Positions 10,827 to 20,417 of a stretch of DNA of 32,000 nt are shown one piece after another (positions within the stretch are counted from its first letter, which is position 1; each line of letters begins with the position of its first letter). The position numbers and the translations under genes are program-made. Under the pieces are notes generated by a model. It ran no database searches and was not told the origin of the DNA. It saw only the letters and a program-made list of their open reading frames with translations. The stretch comes from Geobacter metallireducens GS-15 (GTDB taxonomy: Bacteria > Desulfobacterota > Desulfuromonadia > Geobacterales > Geobacteraceae). The DNA lies in the NCBI RefSeq assembly GCF_000012925.1, contig NC_007517.1, positions 2,670,001 through 2,702,000 of the forward strand. Reading direction: 5' to 3'.

Positions 10827-10907
10827 ATCTAATTAATCGTATTGTTACCCTGTTGGGCACGGGAAGTGCCGTTACAGTTGCAAGGAGCATAACGTATTGA
10901 GAAAAAT

Positions 10908-10937
10908 ACTATATCGTTCCTCTCGGGGGCCTGTCAA
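10908..10937 (-). promoter_or_regulatory. Candidate sigma70 promoter for the pgpH-like operon
   Basis: Minus strand reads TTGACA (10937..10932), an 18-nt spacer, then TATAGT (10913..10908). It lies about 80 nt upstream of the 10826 start. Confidence 0.5.
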
Positions 10938-10992
10938 CTCCGATGACGGTCTCTCCTCCGGAACGCCGTGTCACCCCTGCCATACACATTAA

Positions 10993-12375
<1,383 letters not shown>

Positions 12376-12402
12376 TCGGGGCGGAACACCTTAGCAACAC
12401 GA

Positions 12403-12437
12403 TGAAAGGCGGGAGCGATCCCGCCTTTCATTCGTTT
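12403..12437 (+). terminator. Intrinsic terminator after eno
   Basis: Perfect 12-bp stem, TGAAAGGCGGGA (12403-12414) with TCCCGCCTTTCA (12419-12430). GCGA tetraloop, followed by TTCGTTT. Confidence 0.7.
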
Positions 12438-12522
12438 GGGCACCTCGCGCCCCTGAACCGCCAGCCAGTGCGAATGTGGTATACTCATCACCAATCACCA
12501 TCCCTCGCAACGGAGACATGCC

Positions 12523-13953
12523 ATGAGCTACTCACCGCTTCTGACCGACCTCTACCAACTCACCATGCTTGCCGGATACCTGGAAGAAGGGATGGCGGAC
12601 AAACCGGCGGTGTTCGACATCTTCTTCCGGCACAACCCCTTCCAGGGGGGGTATGCGGTGTTCGCCGGCCTTGACACGGCCCTCGGCTACCTGGAGAACC
12701 TCCAGTTCACGGAGGATGATCTCGAGTATCTCCAGGGGCTGGAAATCTTCCGCCCCCGATTCATCGATTTTCTCCGCTCATTCCGGTTCCGGGGAAAAGT
12801 AACGGCGCCTCCCGAGGGAACAGTGGTTTTCGCCAATGAGCCCCTTGTGACCATCGAGGCCCCCCTGGCCCAGGCGCAACTGGTGGAGACGGCGCTCTTG
12901 AACATCATCAATTTCCAGACCCTGGTGGCCACCAAGGGTGCCCGAATCGTCCATGCGGCGGTGGACGGCACGGTGCTGGAGTTCGGCCTGCGCCGCGCCC
13001 AAGGGCCCGACGGGGGAGTGAGCGAAGCCCGGGCCGCCTACATTGGCGGGGTTCGGAGCACGAGCAACGTGCTGGCGGGGAAGCTCTTCGGCATCCCGGT
13101 AAAAGGAACCCATGCCCACAGCTGGATCATGGCCTTTCCCGATGAGCTGACCGCCTTCCGCGCCTATGCCGAGGTATTCCCCGACACCTGCATCCTCCTG
13201 GTGGACACCTACGACACCCTCAAAAGCGGCATCCCCAACGCCATCACCGTTGCCCAGGAACTCCGCTCCCAGGGGCACGAACTGGTCGGGGTGCGGATCG
13301 ATTCGGGTGACCTGGCCTACCTCTCCCGGGAGGGACGCCGGATGTTCGACGAGGCGGGCTTCCCCGGCGTAAAGATTGTCGCCTCCAACGAGCTGGACGA
13401 ATACGTGATCGAATCGATGCGGAGCGAAGGGGGCCGGGTCGACATCTACGGCGTGGGGACACGTCTCGCCACCTGCGCCGGAGAGGGGGGAGGAGCCCTG
13501 GGCGGAGTCTACAAGCTGGTCAGGATCGGCGACCGCCCAAAACTCAAGGTGACCAGCGACGTCGCCAAGGCGACCCTTCCCGACCGCAAGCGGCTCCTGC
13601 GGGCCGTGGCCCCCGACGGCTCCTTCATCCAGGACGTGCTCTGCCTCGCCGACGAGGACATTGCCCCCGGAGCCACGGTGTACGACCCTTCCAATCCCCT
13701 TCAGTTCGTTGCCATCCCGCAACAGGCCCGCTTCGTCGAGATTCGTGGCGTTGTGATGGAGGACGGTGTGCGAACGGCGAAATCTCCTCCCAGCCTGGAC
13801 GAGATGGCCGACCGCAGCCGTGACCAGCTCACCCGCCTCCCCCAGGGATGCATGCGTTTCATCAATCCGCATAAATACAAGGTCTCCATCAGCGCCGGTC
13901 TCAACGAGCTACGGCTGCAGCTTATGGACGAGGTTCAACGGGGATATAAATAG
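12523..13953 (+). CDS. pncB: Nicotinate phosphoribosyltransferase
   Basis: 476 aa: [14 protein letters not shown]..., [22 protein letters not shown]. An extended -10 (TGgTATACT, hexamer 12480-12485) lies upstream. Confidence 0.9.
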   Translation: MSYSPLLTDLYQLTMLAGYLEEGMADKPAVFDIFFRHNPFQGGYAVFAGLDTALGYLENLQFTEDDLEYLQGLEIFRPRFIDFLRSFRFRGKVTAPPEGTVVFANEPLVTIEAPLAQAQLVETALLNIINFQTLVATKGARIVHAAVDGTVLEFGLRRAQGPDGGVSEARAAYIGGVRSTSNVLAGKLFGIPVKGTHAHSWIMAFPDELTAFRAYAEVFPDTCILLVDTYDTLKSGIPNAITVAQELRSQGHELVGVRIDSGDLAYLSREGRRMFDEAGFPGVKIVASNELDEYVIESMRSEGGRVDIYGVGTRLATCAGEGGGALGGVYKLVRIGDRPKLKVTSDVAKATLPDRKRLLRAVAPDGSFIQDVLCLADEDIAPGATVYDPSNPLQFVAIPQQARFVEIRGVVMEDGVRTAKSPPSLDEMADRSRDQLTRLPQGCMRFINPHKYKVSISAGLNELRLQLMDEVQRGYK

Positions 13954-13973
13954 ATCCAGCAGGAGAACTATCC

Positions 13974-14573
13974 ATGAAGAGCACGTCAGCCCTTCTGATC
14001 GTCGACGTCCAGAACGATTTCTGCCCCGGAGGCTTGCTACCCGTACCAGAGGGGGATCGGGTCGTCCCGCTGCTCAACCGCTACATGGAGCTTTTCAGAG
14101 AGAAAAAGCTGCCGATCATCGCATCCCGGGACTGGCATCCGGCCATCACATCCCACTTTCGGGACTTCGGTGGCATCTGGCCGGTCCACTGCGTCCAGGG
14201 GAGCGAGGGGGCCCGGTTCCACCGCGACCTGGCCCTTCCGGACGACGCCATTGTGATCTCCAAGGGACAAGACCCGGCTCAGGACGCCTATTCCGCGTTC
14301 CAGGCGACCACGGAAAGCGGCGTGTCCTTCCCGGAACTCCTTAAAGAGCTGGGTATCACCAGACTTTTCGTGGGGGGCCTCGCCACGGACTACTGTGTCA
14401 AGGAATCGGTTCTGGACGGGCTGCGCCACGGTCTTGCGGTAACACTCCTTGAGGATGCGGTACGGGGGGTCAACCTGACTCCCGGCGACTCGGCAAGGGC
14501 TATCGAAAACATGGTCGTTGCCGGCGCGGTGCGAATGAATTTCAGCAGGCTTCAGGCCGACCCTCCCTCGTGA
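13974..14573 (+). CDS. pncA: Nicotinamidase/pyrazinamidase (isochorismatase fold)
   Basis: 199 aa: ALLIVDVQNDFCPGG..., GGLATDYCV (catalytic Cys context). It is adjacent to pncB, which together make the NAD salvage pair. Confidence 0.88.
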   Translation: MKSTSALLIVDVQNDFCPGGLLPVPEGDRVVPLLNRYMELFREKKLPIIASRDWHPAITSHFRDFGGIWPVHCVQGSEGARFHRDLALPDDAIVISKGQDPAQDAYSAFQATTESGVSFPELLKELGITRLFVGGLATDYCVKESVLDGLRHGLAVTLLEDAVRGVNLTPGDSARAIENMVVAGAVRMNFSRLQADPPS

Positions 14574-14600
14574 CCGTCCATGAGAGGGAATACATCCCGT

Positions 14601-14629
14601 TTGACTTTTGAGGGGGAAAGCGCTAGAGT
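14601..14629 (+). promoter_or_regulatory. Candidate sigma70 promoter for the DAHP synthase gene
   Basis: TTGACT (14601-14606), a 17-nt spacer, then TAGAGT (14624-14629). It lies 44 nt upstream of the ATG. Confidence 0.45.
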
Positions 14630-14672
14630 GATTCGTCTCAAATCCCCATGAAATCAAAGGACAATTCCCGTA

Positions 14673-15740
14673 ATGACCAAGACAAGCAACCTGAAGGTCA
14701 CGAGCATTACCCCCATCATCGCCCCTGCCGACCTGCGGCAAGTTTTCCCCCAATCGCTGGAAACAGCTGAATTCGTTAATGCGAGCCGGGCCCACATCAA
14801 GAACATCCTCAAGGGGAAAGACACCCGCCTCATGGTGGTGGTGGGCCCCTGTTCCATTCACGACCCCAAGGCCGCCCTCGACTATGCGGGGCGCCTTGCG
14901 CGACTCGCCAGCGAACTCTCCGACCAGCTTTTCATCGTGATGCGGGTCTACTTCGAGAAGCCCCGCACCACCATCGGCTGGAAGGGGCTCATCAACGACC
15001 CCGACATGAACCACACCCACCAGATCTCCAAGGGACTCGGCATCGCGCGGCGGCTCCTGAACGACATCACCAGCATGCTCCTCCCCGTGGCGTGCGAGAT
15101 GCTCGATACCATCACCCCTGAATACCTGGCCGACTATATCTCGTGGGGCGCCATCGGCGCCCGGACCACCGAGAGCCAATCGCACCGGGAGATGGCGAGC
15201 GGCCTTTCCTTCCCCGTGGGCTTCAAAAATGGCACTGACGGCAACCTGCAGATCGCCATCGACGCCATGAACGCGGCGCTCCACCCCCACAGCTTCCTCG
15301 GCATCAATCGGGATGGCAAGACCTCCATCATCCAGACCACCGGCAACCCGGACGTGCACATCGTCCTGCGTGGCGGCAAGAAGCCCAACTACTCTCCCGA
15401 GGACATCGCCAAGACCGAAGAGATGGTTGAAAAGGGGGGTATCTTCCCGACCATCATGGTTGATTGCAGCCACGGCAACTCGGAGAAGCGCCACGAGAAG
15501 CAGCCGGAGGTGCTTGACAGCATCGTCGACCAGATCGAGGCGGGCAATCGCTCCATCTCGGGGGTCATGATCGAGAGCTTCCTCGAAGCGGGGAACCAGC
15601 CCATTCCCAAGGATCTGTCCCAACTCCGCTACGGGGTCTCCACCACCGACAAGTGCATCGACTGGAAGACCACCGAGGAAATCCTGCGCAAGGCCCATGA
15701 ACGGCTCAAGCGCTGCGGCGGAAGACCGATGCACGGTTGA
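14673..15740 (+). CDS. aroG: 3-deoxy-7-phosphoheptulonate (DAHP) synthase, class I
   Basis: 355 aa: GKDTRLMVVVGPCSIHD, KPRTTIGWKGLINDP, VDCSHGNS. The isozyme (F/G/H) cannot be decided from sequence. Confidence 0.93.
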   Translation: MTKTSNLKVTSITPIIAPADLRQVFPQSLETAEFVNASRAHIKNILKGKDTRLMVVVGPCSIHDPKAALDYAGRLARLASELSDQLFIVMRVYFEKPRTTIGWKGLINDPDMNHTHQISKGLGIARRLLNDITSMLLPVACEMLDTITPEYLADYISWGAIGARTTESQSHREMASGLSFPVGFKNGTDGNLQIAIDAMNAALHPHSFLGINRDGKTSIIQTTGNPDVHIVLRGGKKPNYSPEDIAKTEEMVEKGGIFPTIMVDCSHGNSEKRHEKQPEVLDSIVDQIEAGNRSISGVMIESFLEAGNQPIPKDLSQLRYGVSTTDKCIDWKTTEEILRKAHERLKRCGGRPMHG

Positions 15741-15764
15741 TCCCGGTCGCTCCTGGATACGCAG

Positions 15765-15794
15765 AGAGCCCCGCCAAAAGCGGGGCTCTTTTTT
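15765..15794 (+). terminator. Intrinsic terminator after the DAHP synthase gene; its T-tract is the ISL3 target site
   Basis: Stem AGAGCCCCGC (15765-15774) with GCGGGGCTCT (15780-15789). CAAAA loop, then a T-run to 15794. Confidence 0.8.
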
Positions 15795-15818
15795 GGTTCA
15801 TCCGGGAATTCCGGGGAA
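15787..15818. repeat. Left junction of the ISL3 element: TSD copy (15787-15794, TCTTTTTT) plus terminal inverted repeat (15795-15818)
   Basis: IRL is GGTTCATCCGGGAATTCCGGGGAA. Compared by hand with the reverse complement of the right end. Confidence 0.88.
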
Positions 15819-17120
15819 AGCGGCTCTGATCTTGAGAAAGAAGTATTCGTGATCCCGGAAGCCGTAGGCCATTCTTTTGATCACCTTGATCTTGTTATTG
15901 ATGCCTTCGAGGATTCCGGTGTGAAGGGGCCAGAGGCAGTGGTTGAGGATTCCTTGGAGATAGCCCTTTAGCCGGCGGGCAAACAGGATGAGTGGCGGTA
16001 TTCCACTCTCCATCGCCCTTTGGTGCCACTGCTCCCAGAATAGTCCCGCCTCTTCAATGCAGGTAAACTTCCACAGTTGCTTCAGATCGTCTTTGAGCAG
16101 GTAGACCGTAAGGAGGCTGCGGTTTGCCTCCAACAGTTCCTGGAGGCGAAGCATGTCGTCGCCCTTGACGTTCTCGCTGTTTCGTAGCAGCAACCACCGC
16201 GATGTTTTGACTACCTTCCGTGCCTTCTTGTCTTCCTTCAGGCGGTTTGCCTCATCGACTCGCACCCTGTCGATCACTTCCCTGCCATACTTCGCCACCA
16301 CATGGAACAGGTCGTAGACTATGTCTGCCTGGGGCGAGTGCTGCTTGATTTCCTCCTCATATGATGCGTTCATATCCATCACGACCGCTTTGAGCCGTTT
16401 ACAGCCATGTGGGCCAAGCTGCGTGAAGAAAGGACGGATACTCTCGCGACTCCTGCCTTTGCCGATCCATAAGACTTCCTTACGGTATGGCTCGATGATA
16501 ACCGTCGCATAGCGGTGCCCCTTGTGAAGGGCGAACTCATCCATCCCGAGAACTTCGATGTTTGAGAGGTCGACGGTGCCGACCCGCTCTGTGAGTGAGC
16601 GCTTGTCGATTTCCTTCACCTGGTCCCAAGAAAGCCCCAGATACTGCGCCACGTGCTTCACAGACACGACACCACACAGTCGCGCTACGCTCTCTGCAAG
16701 CCTGCGCGTCACGCGGGCGTATTTCGCCAGCCATGACAGACGCTCCAGCGTTGGCCCACACTGAGGGCACAGCAGCCTGCGGCGGTGAACGATCAGATAA
16801 GTCTGAGCATCGAGAATCGGCAAATCTCGAATTACGCGCTTGGTCGTTTCATGGACGCTTGTGCAACGCCCGCCGCACGAGCCACACACCATCTCATCCT
16901 GGGACAGGGCAATCAGTTCTACCTCGATCCGTTTGGCATCACCTGTGACGATAGTGCGTGTCCCAGCAACACGATATCCTTCCCACCCTCCCGCAATTGC
17001 GATAACATCGGAATACGACAACGGCAGCCTCCTGCGATCTTTTTTGGTTGGGGAACCATCAAGATACCGCAGTGCTGCCGTTGTTGTTTATTAATCTTCC
17101 CCGGAATTCCCTGAAGAACC
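15795..17120 (-). mobile_element. ISL3-family insertion sequence, 1326 bp, apparently intact
   Basis: A single transposase ORF bounded by 24-nt imperfect inverted repeats (22/24 matches) and flanked by a perfect 8-bp direct repeat, TCTTTTTT. Confidence 0.9.
15798..17021 (-). CDS. ISL3-family transposase
   Basis: 407 aa with an N-terminal zinc-finger region (CGSCGG...CPQCG) and a DDE domain typical of ISL3 (VLGMDEFALHKGHRYATVI..., VVMDMNASYEE..., DLFHVVA). TTG start with AGGAGG 6 nt upstream. Confidence 0.92.
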   Translation of the reverse strand: MSYSDVIAIAGGWEGYRVAGTRTIVTGDAKRIEVELIALSQDEMVCGSCGGRCTSVHETTKRVIRDLPILDAQTYLIVHRRRLLCPQCGPTLERLSWLAKYARVTRRLAESVARLCGVVSVKHVAQYLGLSWDQVKEIDKRSLTERVGTVDLSNIEVLGMDEFALHKGHRYATVIIEPYRKEVLWIGKGRSRESIRPFFTQLGPHGCKRLKAVVMDMNASYEEEIKQHSPQADIVYDLFHVVAKYGREVIDRVRVDEANRLKEDKKARKVVKTSRWLLLRNSENVKGDDMLRLQELLEANRSLLTVYLLKDDLKQLWKFTCIEEAGLFWEQWHQRAMESGIPPLILFARRLKGYLQGILNHCLWPLHTGILEGINNKIKVIKRMAYGFRDHEYFFLKIRAAFPGIPG

Positions 17121-17128
17121 TCTTTTTT
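17097..17128. repeat. Right junction of the ISL3 element: terminal inverted repeat (17097-17120) plus TSD copy (17121-17128, TCTTTTTT)
   Basis: The reverse complement of 17097-17120 is GGTTCTTCAGGGAATTCCGGGGAA. The TSD is identical to 15787-15794. Confidence 0.88.
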
Positions 17129-17686
17129 TCACCTTCTCCACTTCCGCAGCATTCGGCGAAACTCCCACGGTGGCATTGGATTGCGGTCTCGCCACAATCC
17201 CCGGCGCGCCTGACGGGCCTTTTGCTCCGCCCCCAGGTAGTCCGATACATAGGGGCGCCGCAGGTACCGGACATAGGCCCAGGCATAGCCCCGGCGCACC
17301 ATCTCCTGATTCACGTCCACCCCGTCGAGCATGATGATGCCGATTTGGCGCTTATAGCTCCGCTCGCCGGTCAACTTCACCGCCACGTCGCGACCGAGGA
17401 CAAGCTTACGCAATTTTGCCGCCGCTGCTGCTCCGTGGGGCTGGCCCGGGACACCTTTCCCGGGAGTTTCGGGAGCATCGATGCCGTACAGCCGGCAGGT
17501 GAAGGATCTGCCCCACGGAGGCGTGATAACGACCGTGTCCCCGTCCCACACCCGCGTCACTCTGCCCCCGGAGGTCGACGTGTACGCGAAGTCTCGGCCG
17601 GCAGCCGATACCACATGCGCATTCGTCGGAGTGTAGCAGAGCCCCGTCAGCAGTACCGCCACGATCGAAGCGCCCCGTTTCACCAT
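17129..17686 (-). CDS. Secreted thermonuclease (staphylococcal nuclease / SNase fold)
   Basis: 185 aa with a signal peptide (MVKRGASIVAVLLTGLCYTPTNA). SNase motifs: VWDGDTVVI, RLYGIDAPE, VNQEMVRRGYAWAY, ...AEQKARQARRGLW. Confidence 0.85.
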   Translation of the reverse strand: MVKRGASIVAVLLTGLCYTPTNAHVVSAAGRDFAYTSTSGGRVTRVWDGDTVVITPPWGRSFTCRLYGIDAPETPGKGVPGQPHGAAAAAKLRKLVLGRDVAVKLTGERSYKRQIGIIMLDGVDVNQEMVRRGYAWAYVRYLRRPYVSDYLGAEQKARQARRGLWRDRNPMPPWEFRRMLRKWRR

Positions 17687-17708
17687 GCCTTCTCCCCTCC
17701 AGCAAGAA

Positions 17709-17735
17709 GGGCCGGCCTCGCCATGAGACCGGCCC
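17709..17735 (-). terminator. GC-rich hairpin downstream of serA (weak terminator candidate)
   Basis: GGGCCGG (17709-17715) pairs with CCGGCCC (17729-17735). On the minus strand it is followed by only TTCTTGC, so it may merely be a structured spacer. Confidence 0.35.
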
Positions 17736-17764
17736 CTCTATTCATTTTATCCACCTCAAGAACG

Positions 17765-19390
17765 TCAGATGCCGCACCCGCACCCACGGCTGCACTTGAC
17801 GCCCGGCATGTGGATCGGTTTGATGAAAGTGGCGTCGGTCGCCTTGCGAACTTCCTCCACGACAAAGGGGGGAACCGCCGAGTCGAGAGAAAGAATGACC
17901 ATGGCCTCGCCCCGCTTCTCGCGGCGCCCCAGGTTCATGGAGGCGATGTTGATATCGTGGGCACCCATGATGGTACCGATCTTGCCGATCATCCCCGGCC
18001 GGTCCTCATAGGTAAGGCTGAGCATGTGTTCGTCCGGAGCGAAGTCCACCTGGTAGTCACGGAGCTTGACGATGCGGGGGCTCCCTTCGAAGAGTGTGCC
18101 GGCAATAGTCCGCTTTTCACCTTTACCCTCGATGGTGAGGGTTATCATGTTGGAGAAGGAGGGAGATTGGGTGGACTTGTTCTCCTCCACGGTAATCCCC
18201 ATCTGGTCGGCAATGAGAGTGGCGTTTACCATATTCACGTCCTGCTCCACCAGCCGGTTAAGGATCGACGACAGCCCGCAGACACTCAGAGGAGTGCAGT
18301 CATAGTGAGCGATGTTTCCCGCATAGGAGAACGTCACGGTGTCGATATTGGCGTCCACAAGCTGAATGACGAAGTCGCTCATGACACTCATGAGGTTCAG
18401 GAACGGCCGCATCTGGTCCATGAGAGCCAGGTCGAAGCGCGGGATGTTCACGGCGTTCTCCAGGGGGAGGTCGTCCAGGTAGTTGAGGATCTCTTTGGAG
18501 ACGTCCACCGCCACGTTGACCTGGGCCTCGAAGGTATTGGCCCCCAGGTGCGGAGTAACAATTACCCGCTCGTGGGCAATGAGTTTTTGCAGCACGTCGG
18601 TCTTCGGCGGCTCAACGCTGAAGACGTCGATGGCGGCACCGGTAATTTTTCCCGATTCCAGATATTTCAGGAGAGCCTCTTCTTCGATGATCCCCCCCCG
18701 GGCGGCGTTCACGATGATGACGCCGTCCTTCATCATGGCCAACTCCCGCTCGCCGATCATGTTGCGGGTTTCATCGGTGAGGGGGGTGTGGACGGTGATG
18801 ATATCGCAGTTGCGGTATATCTCGTCGTGGGAGACGAGCTTGACCCCCAGGTCATGGGCGCGCTTCACGGCGATGTAGGGGTCACAGGCTAGAACCTCGC
18901 ACTCGAAGGCCTTGAGCCGGGTGGCGACCCGTCCACCAACCTTGCCGAGGCCGATGACGCCGGCGGTTTTCCCCTTGAGCTCGTAGCCGGTGAAGGGGGC
19001 CCGTTTCCATTCACCGCTCTTGAGGCTGCCGTTGGCGCGGGGTACGTTGCGGCAAAATGAAAGAAGCAGCGCCATGGCGTGCTCGGCGGCACTGTTGGTG
19101 TTGCCGAAGGGGGCGTTCACCACGATTACGCCACGGGAACTGGCGTAGTCCACATCCACGTTGTCGATGCCGACCCCGGCCCTAGCGATGAGCCGAAGCT
19201 TTGTGCCGGCGTCGAGGAGATTCTTGTCAACGGTGGTGCCACTGCGGGTGATAATGGCGTCGTAGTTGCCGATGATCGCCAGCAGCTCCTCCTTCTTGAG
19301 CCCCAGCTTGATGTTGATCTCCACACGCGGGTCCTGGGCCAAAAGCGCCAACCCTTCCTGAGCCACCTCGTCGGTAACGATGATCTTCAT
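17765..19390 (-). CDS. serA: D-3-phosphoglycerate dehydrogenase (long form with a C-terminal ACT domain)
   Basis: 541 aa: MKIIVTDEV..., GVIGLGKVGGRVA (NAD site), ...VNAARGG..., and a C-terminal regulatory domain. Confidence 0.94.
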   Translation of the reverse strand: MKIIVTDEVAQEGLALLAQDPRVEINIKLGLKKEELLAIIGNYDAIITRSGTTVDKNLLDAGTKLRLIARAGVGIDNVDVDYASSRGVIVVNAPFGNTNSAAEHAMALLLSFCRNVPRANGSLKSGEWKRAPFTGYELKGKTAGVIGLGKVGGRVATRLKAFECEVLACDPYIAVKRAHDLGVKLVSHDEIYRNCDIITVHTPLTDETRNMIGERELAMMKDGVIIVNAARGGIIEEEALLKYLESGKITGAAIDVFSVEPPKTDVLQKLIAHERVIVTPHLGANTFEAQVNVAVDVSKEILNYLDDLPLENAVNIPRFDLALMDQMRPFLNLMSVMSDFVIQLVDANIDTVTFSYAGNIAHYDCTPLSVCGLSSILNRLVEQDVNMVNATLIADQMGITVEENKSTQSPSFSNMITLTIEGKGEKRTIAGTLFEGSPRIVKLRDYQVDFAPDEHMLSLTYEDRPGMIGKIGTIMGAHDINIASMNLGRREKRGEAMVILSLDSAVPPFVVEEVRKATDATFIKPIHMPGVKCSRGCGCGI

Positions 19391-19560
19391 TGCTGCTCCC
19401 TTTTCAATGGAATGTGGTGCGTGTATCCGTGATAATCCTGACGGGAAGAAAGTACTTTGCGAGACTGCGAAGAAGCGTTAATAATAGACCCGTCGACCGG
19501 AAAATGCAAGACCGGCGACCACCGTCACCCGTATACGGCAAGCCGTCAGAAGGAAAGAAG

Positions 19561-20037
19561 ATGCCTGAAAAGCCACCATTCCACATCGTCCTCATCGAGC
19601 CGGAAATCCCCCCTAACACCGGCAACATCGCCCGCCTCTGCGGCGCAACCGGCACCGTGCTTCACCTGGTGGGGAAACTGGGCTTTTCCACTGACGACCG
19701 CTATCTCAAGCGGGCGGGGCTCGACTACTGGAGCGAGGTGGAGATCCACTACTGGGACGACCTTGCAGCGCTTCAGCACGCCTATCCGGAGGGCCGATTC
19801 ATCTATACGAGCAAGAAAGCGGCGAAAACACACATCGAAGCGGCGTTCAAGGAGGGGGACTTCATCGTTTTCGGGAAGGAGACGGTGGGGCTGCCTGAGG
19901 AACTTATCGAGGCCAATCGGGAAAACACCGTGAGAATCCCCATTTTCGGCAAGGTCCGCAGCCTCAACCTCTCAACCTCGGCGGGAATCGTTCTTTACGA
20001 GGCACTCCGCCAGACCGGGAGGCTCGAAGGATGCTGA
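19561..20037 (+). CDS. trmL: tRNA (cytidine/uridine-2'-O)-methyltransferase TrmL (SpoU/TrmH family)
   Basis: From ATG 19561: MPEKPPFHIVLIEPEIPPNTGNIARLCGATG...FGKETVGLPEEL...IPIFGKVRSLNLSTSAGIVLYEALRQ. The longer ORF start at 19390 would add a non-homologous, Arg-rich extension. Confidence 0.87.
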   Translation: MPEKPPFHIVLIEPEIPPNTGNIARLCGATGTVLHLVGKLGFSTDDRYLKRAGLDYWSEVEIHYWDDLAALQHAYPEGRFIYTSKKAAKTHIEAAFKEGDFIVFGKETVGLPEELIEANRENTVRIPIFGKVRSLNLSTSAGIVLYEALRQTGRLEGC

Positions 20038-20417
20038 AGCTCGGCATCATCTACATGAACCTGGCGCTTCTCTTCTACACTTACGCCGTATTCAACGGCA
20101 GGAGGGAGGGGCTTCACCGCAAGCACCTCATAGTGTTCGGCATCGGCCTGCTCTTCGACTACCTGGGCACCCACCAGATGAGCCTCTATGCCAGGGCCTT
20201 CGGCAAGGCCCCCGAGTGGCACAATCTGACCGGCATCCTGTCGCTGGCAGGGATGGGGTTCCACTTCCTGCTGGCCCTCGCCGCCTCACTCGCCCGCCGG
20301 GCTGAACGGGTCAACCGCACCTTTCACCGGGTGAGCCTCACCATCTACACCCTCTGGTGCATCGCCTTCGCCAGCGGAGCCCTGGCCGGGATGGGGCGGA
20401 TCATGGCCCGGCACTGA
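20031..20417 (+). CDS. Small integral membrane protein (about 4 TM), function unknown
   Basis: 128 aa and hydrophobic (LALLFYTYAVF, IVFGIGLLFDYLG, ILSLAGMGFHFLLALA, IYTLWCIAFASGALAG). Its ATG overlaps the trmL stop (ATGCTGA). Its 3' end overlaps the convergent glycosyltransferase gene by 17 nt. Confidence 0.6.
   Translation: MLKLGIIYMNLALLFYTYAVFNGRREGLHRKHLIVFGIGLLFDYLGTHQMSLYARAFGKAPEWHNLTGILSLAGMGFHFLLALAASLARRAERVNRTFHRVSLTIYTLWCIAFASGALAGMGRIMARH

Noticed and set aside
10855-10870. GGGCACGGGAAGTGCC fits sigma54 -24/-12 spacing (GGCACG-N4-GTGC) on both strands
   Set aside because: It is a perfect 5-bp palindrome (GGCAC/GTGCC), so the two-strand match is an artefact of symmetry. It lies inside the predicted 5' UTR of the pgpH-like operon, downstream of a strong sigma70 match. 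No enhancer-binding protein gene is nearby. A UTR hairpin is more likely.
19390-19560. Longest-ORF start for trmL (215 aa) and the alternative frames 19457..19933
   Set aside because: The extension is Arg-rich, overlaps the serA start region, and is not part of the about 155-aa TrmL fold. ATG 19561 gives the canonical MP..FHIVLIEPEIPPNTGN N-terminus.
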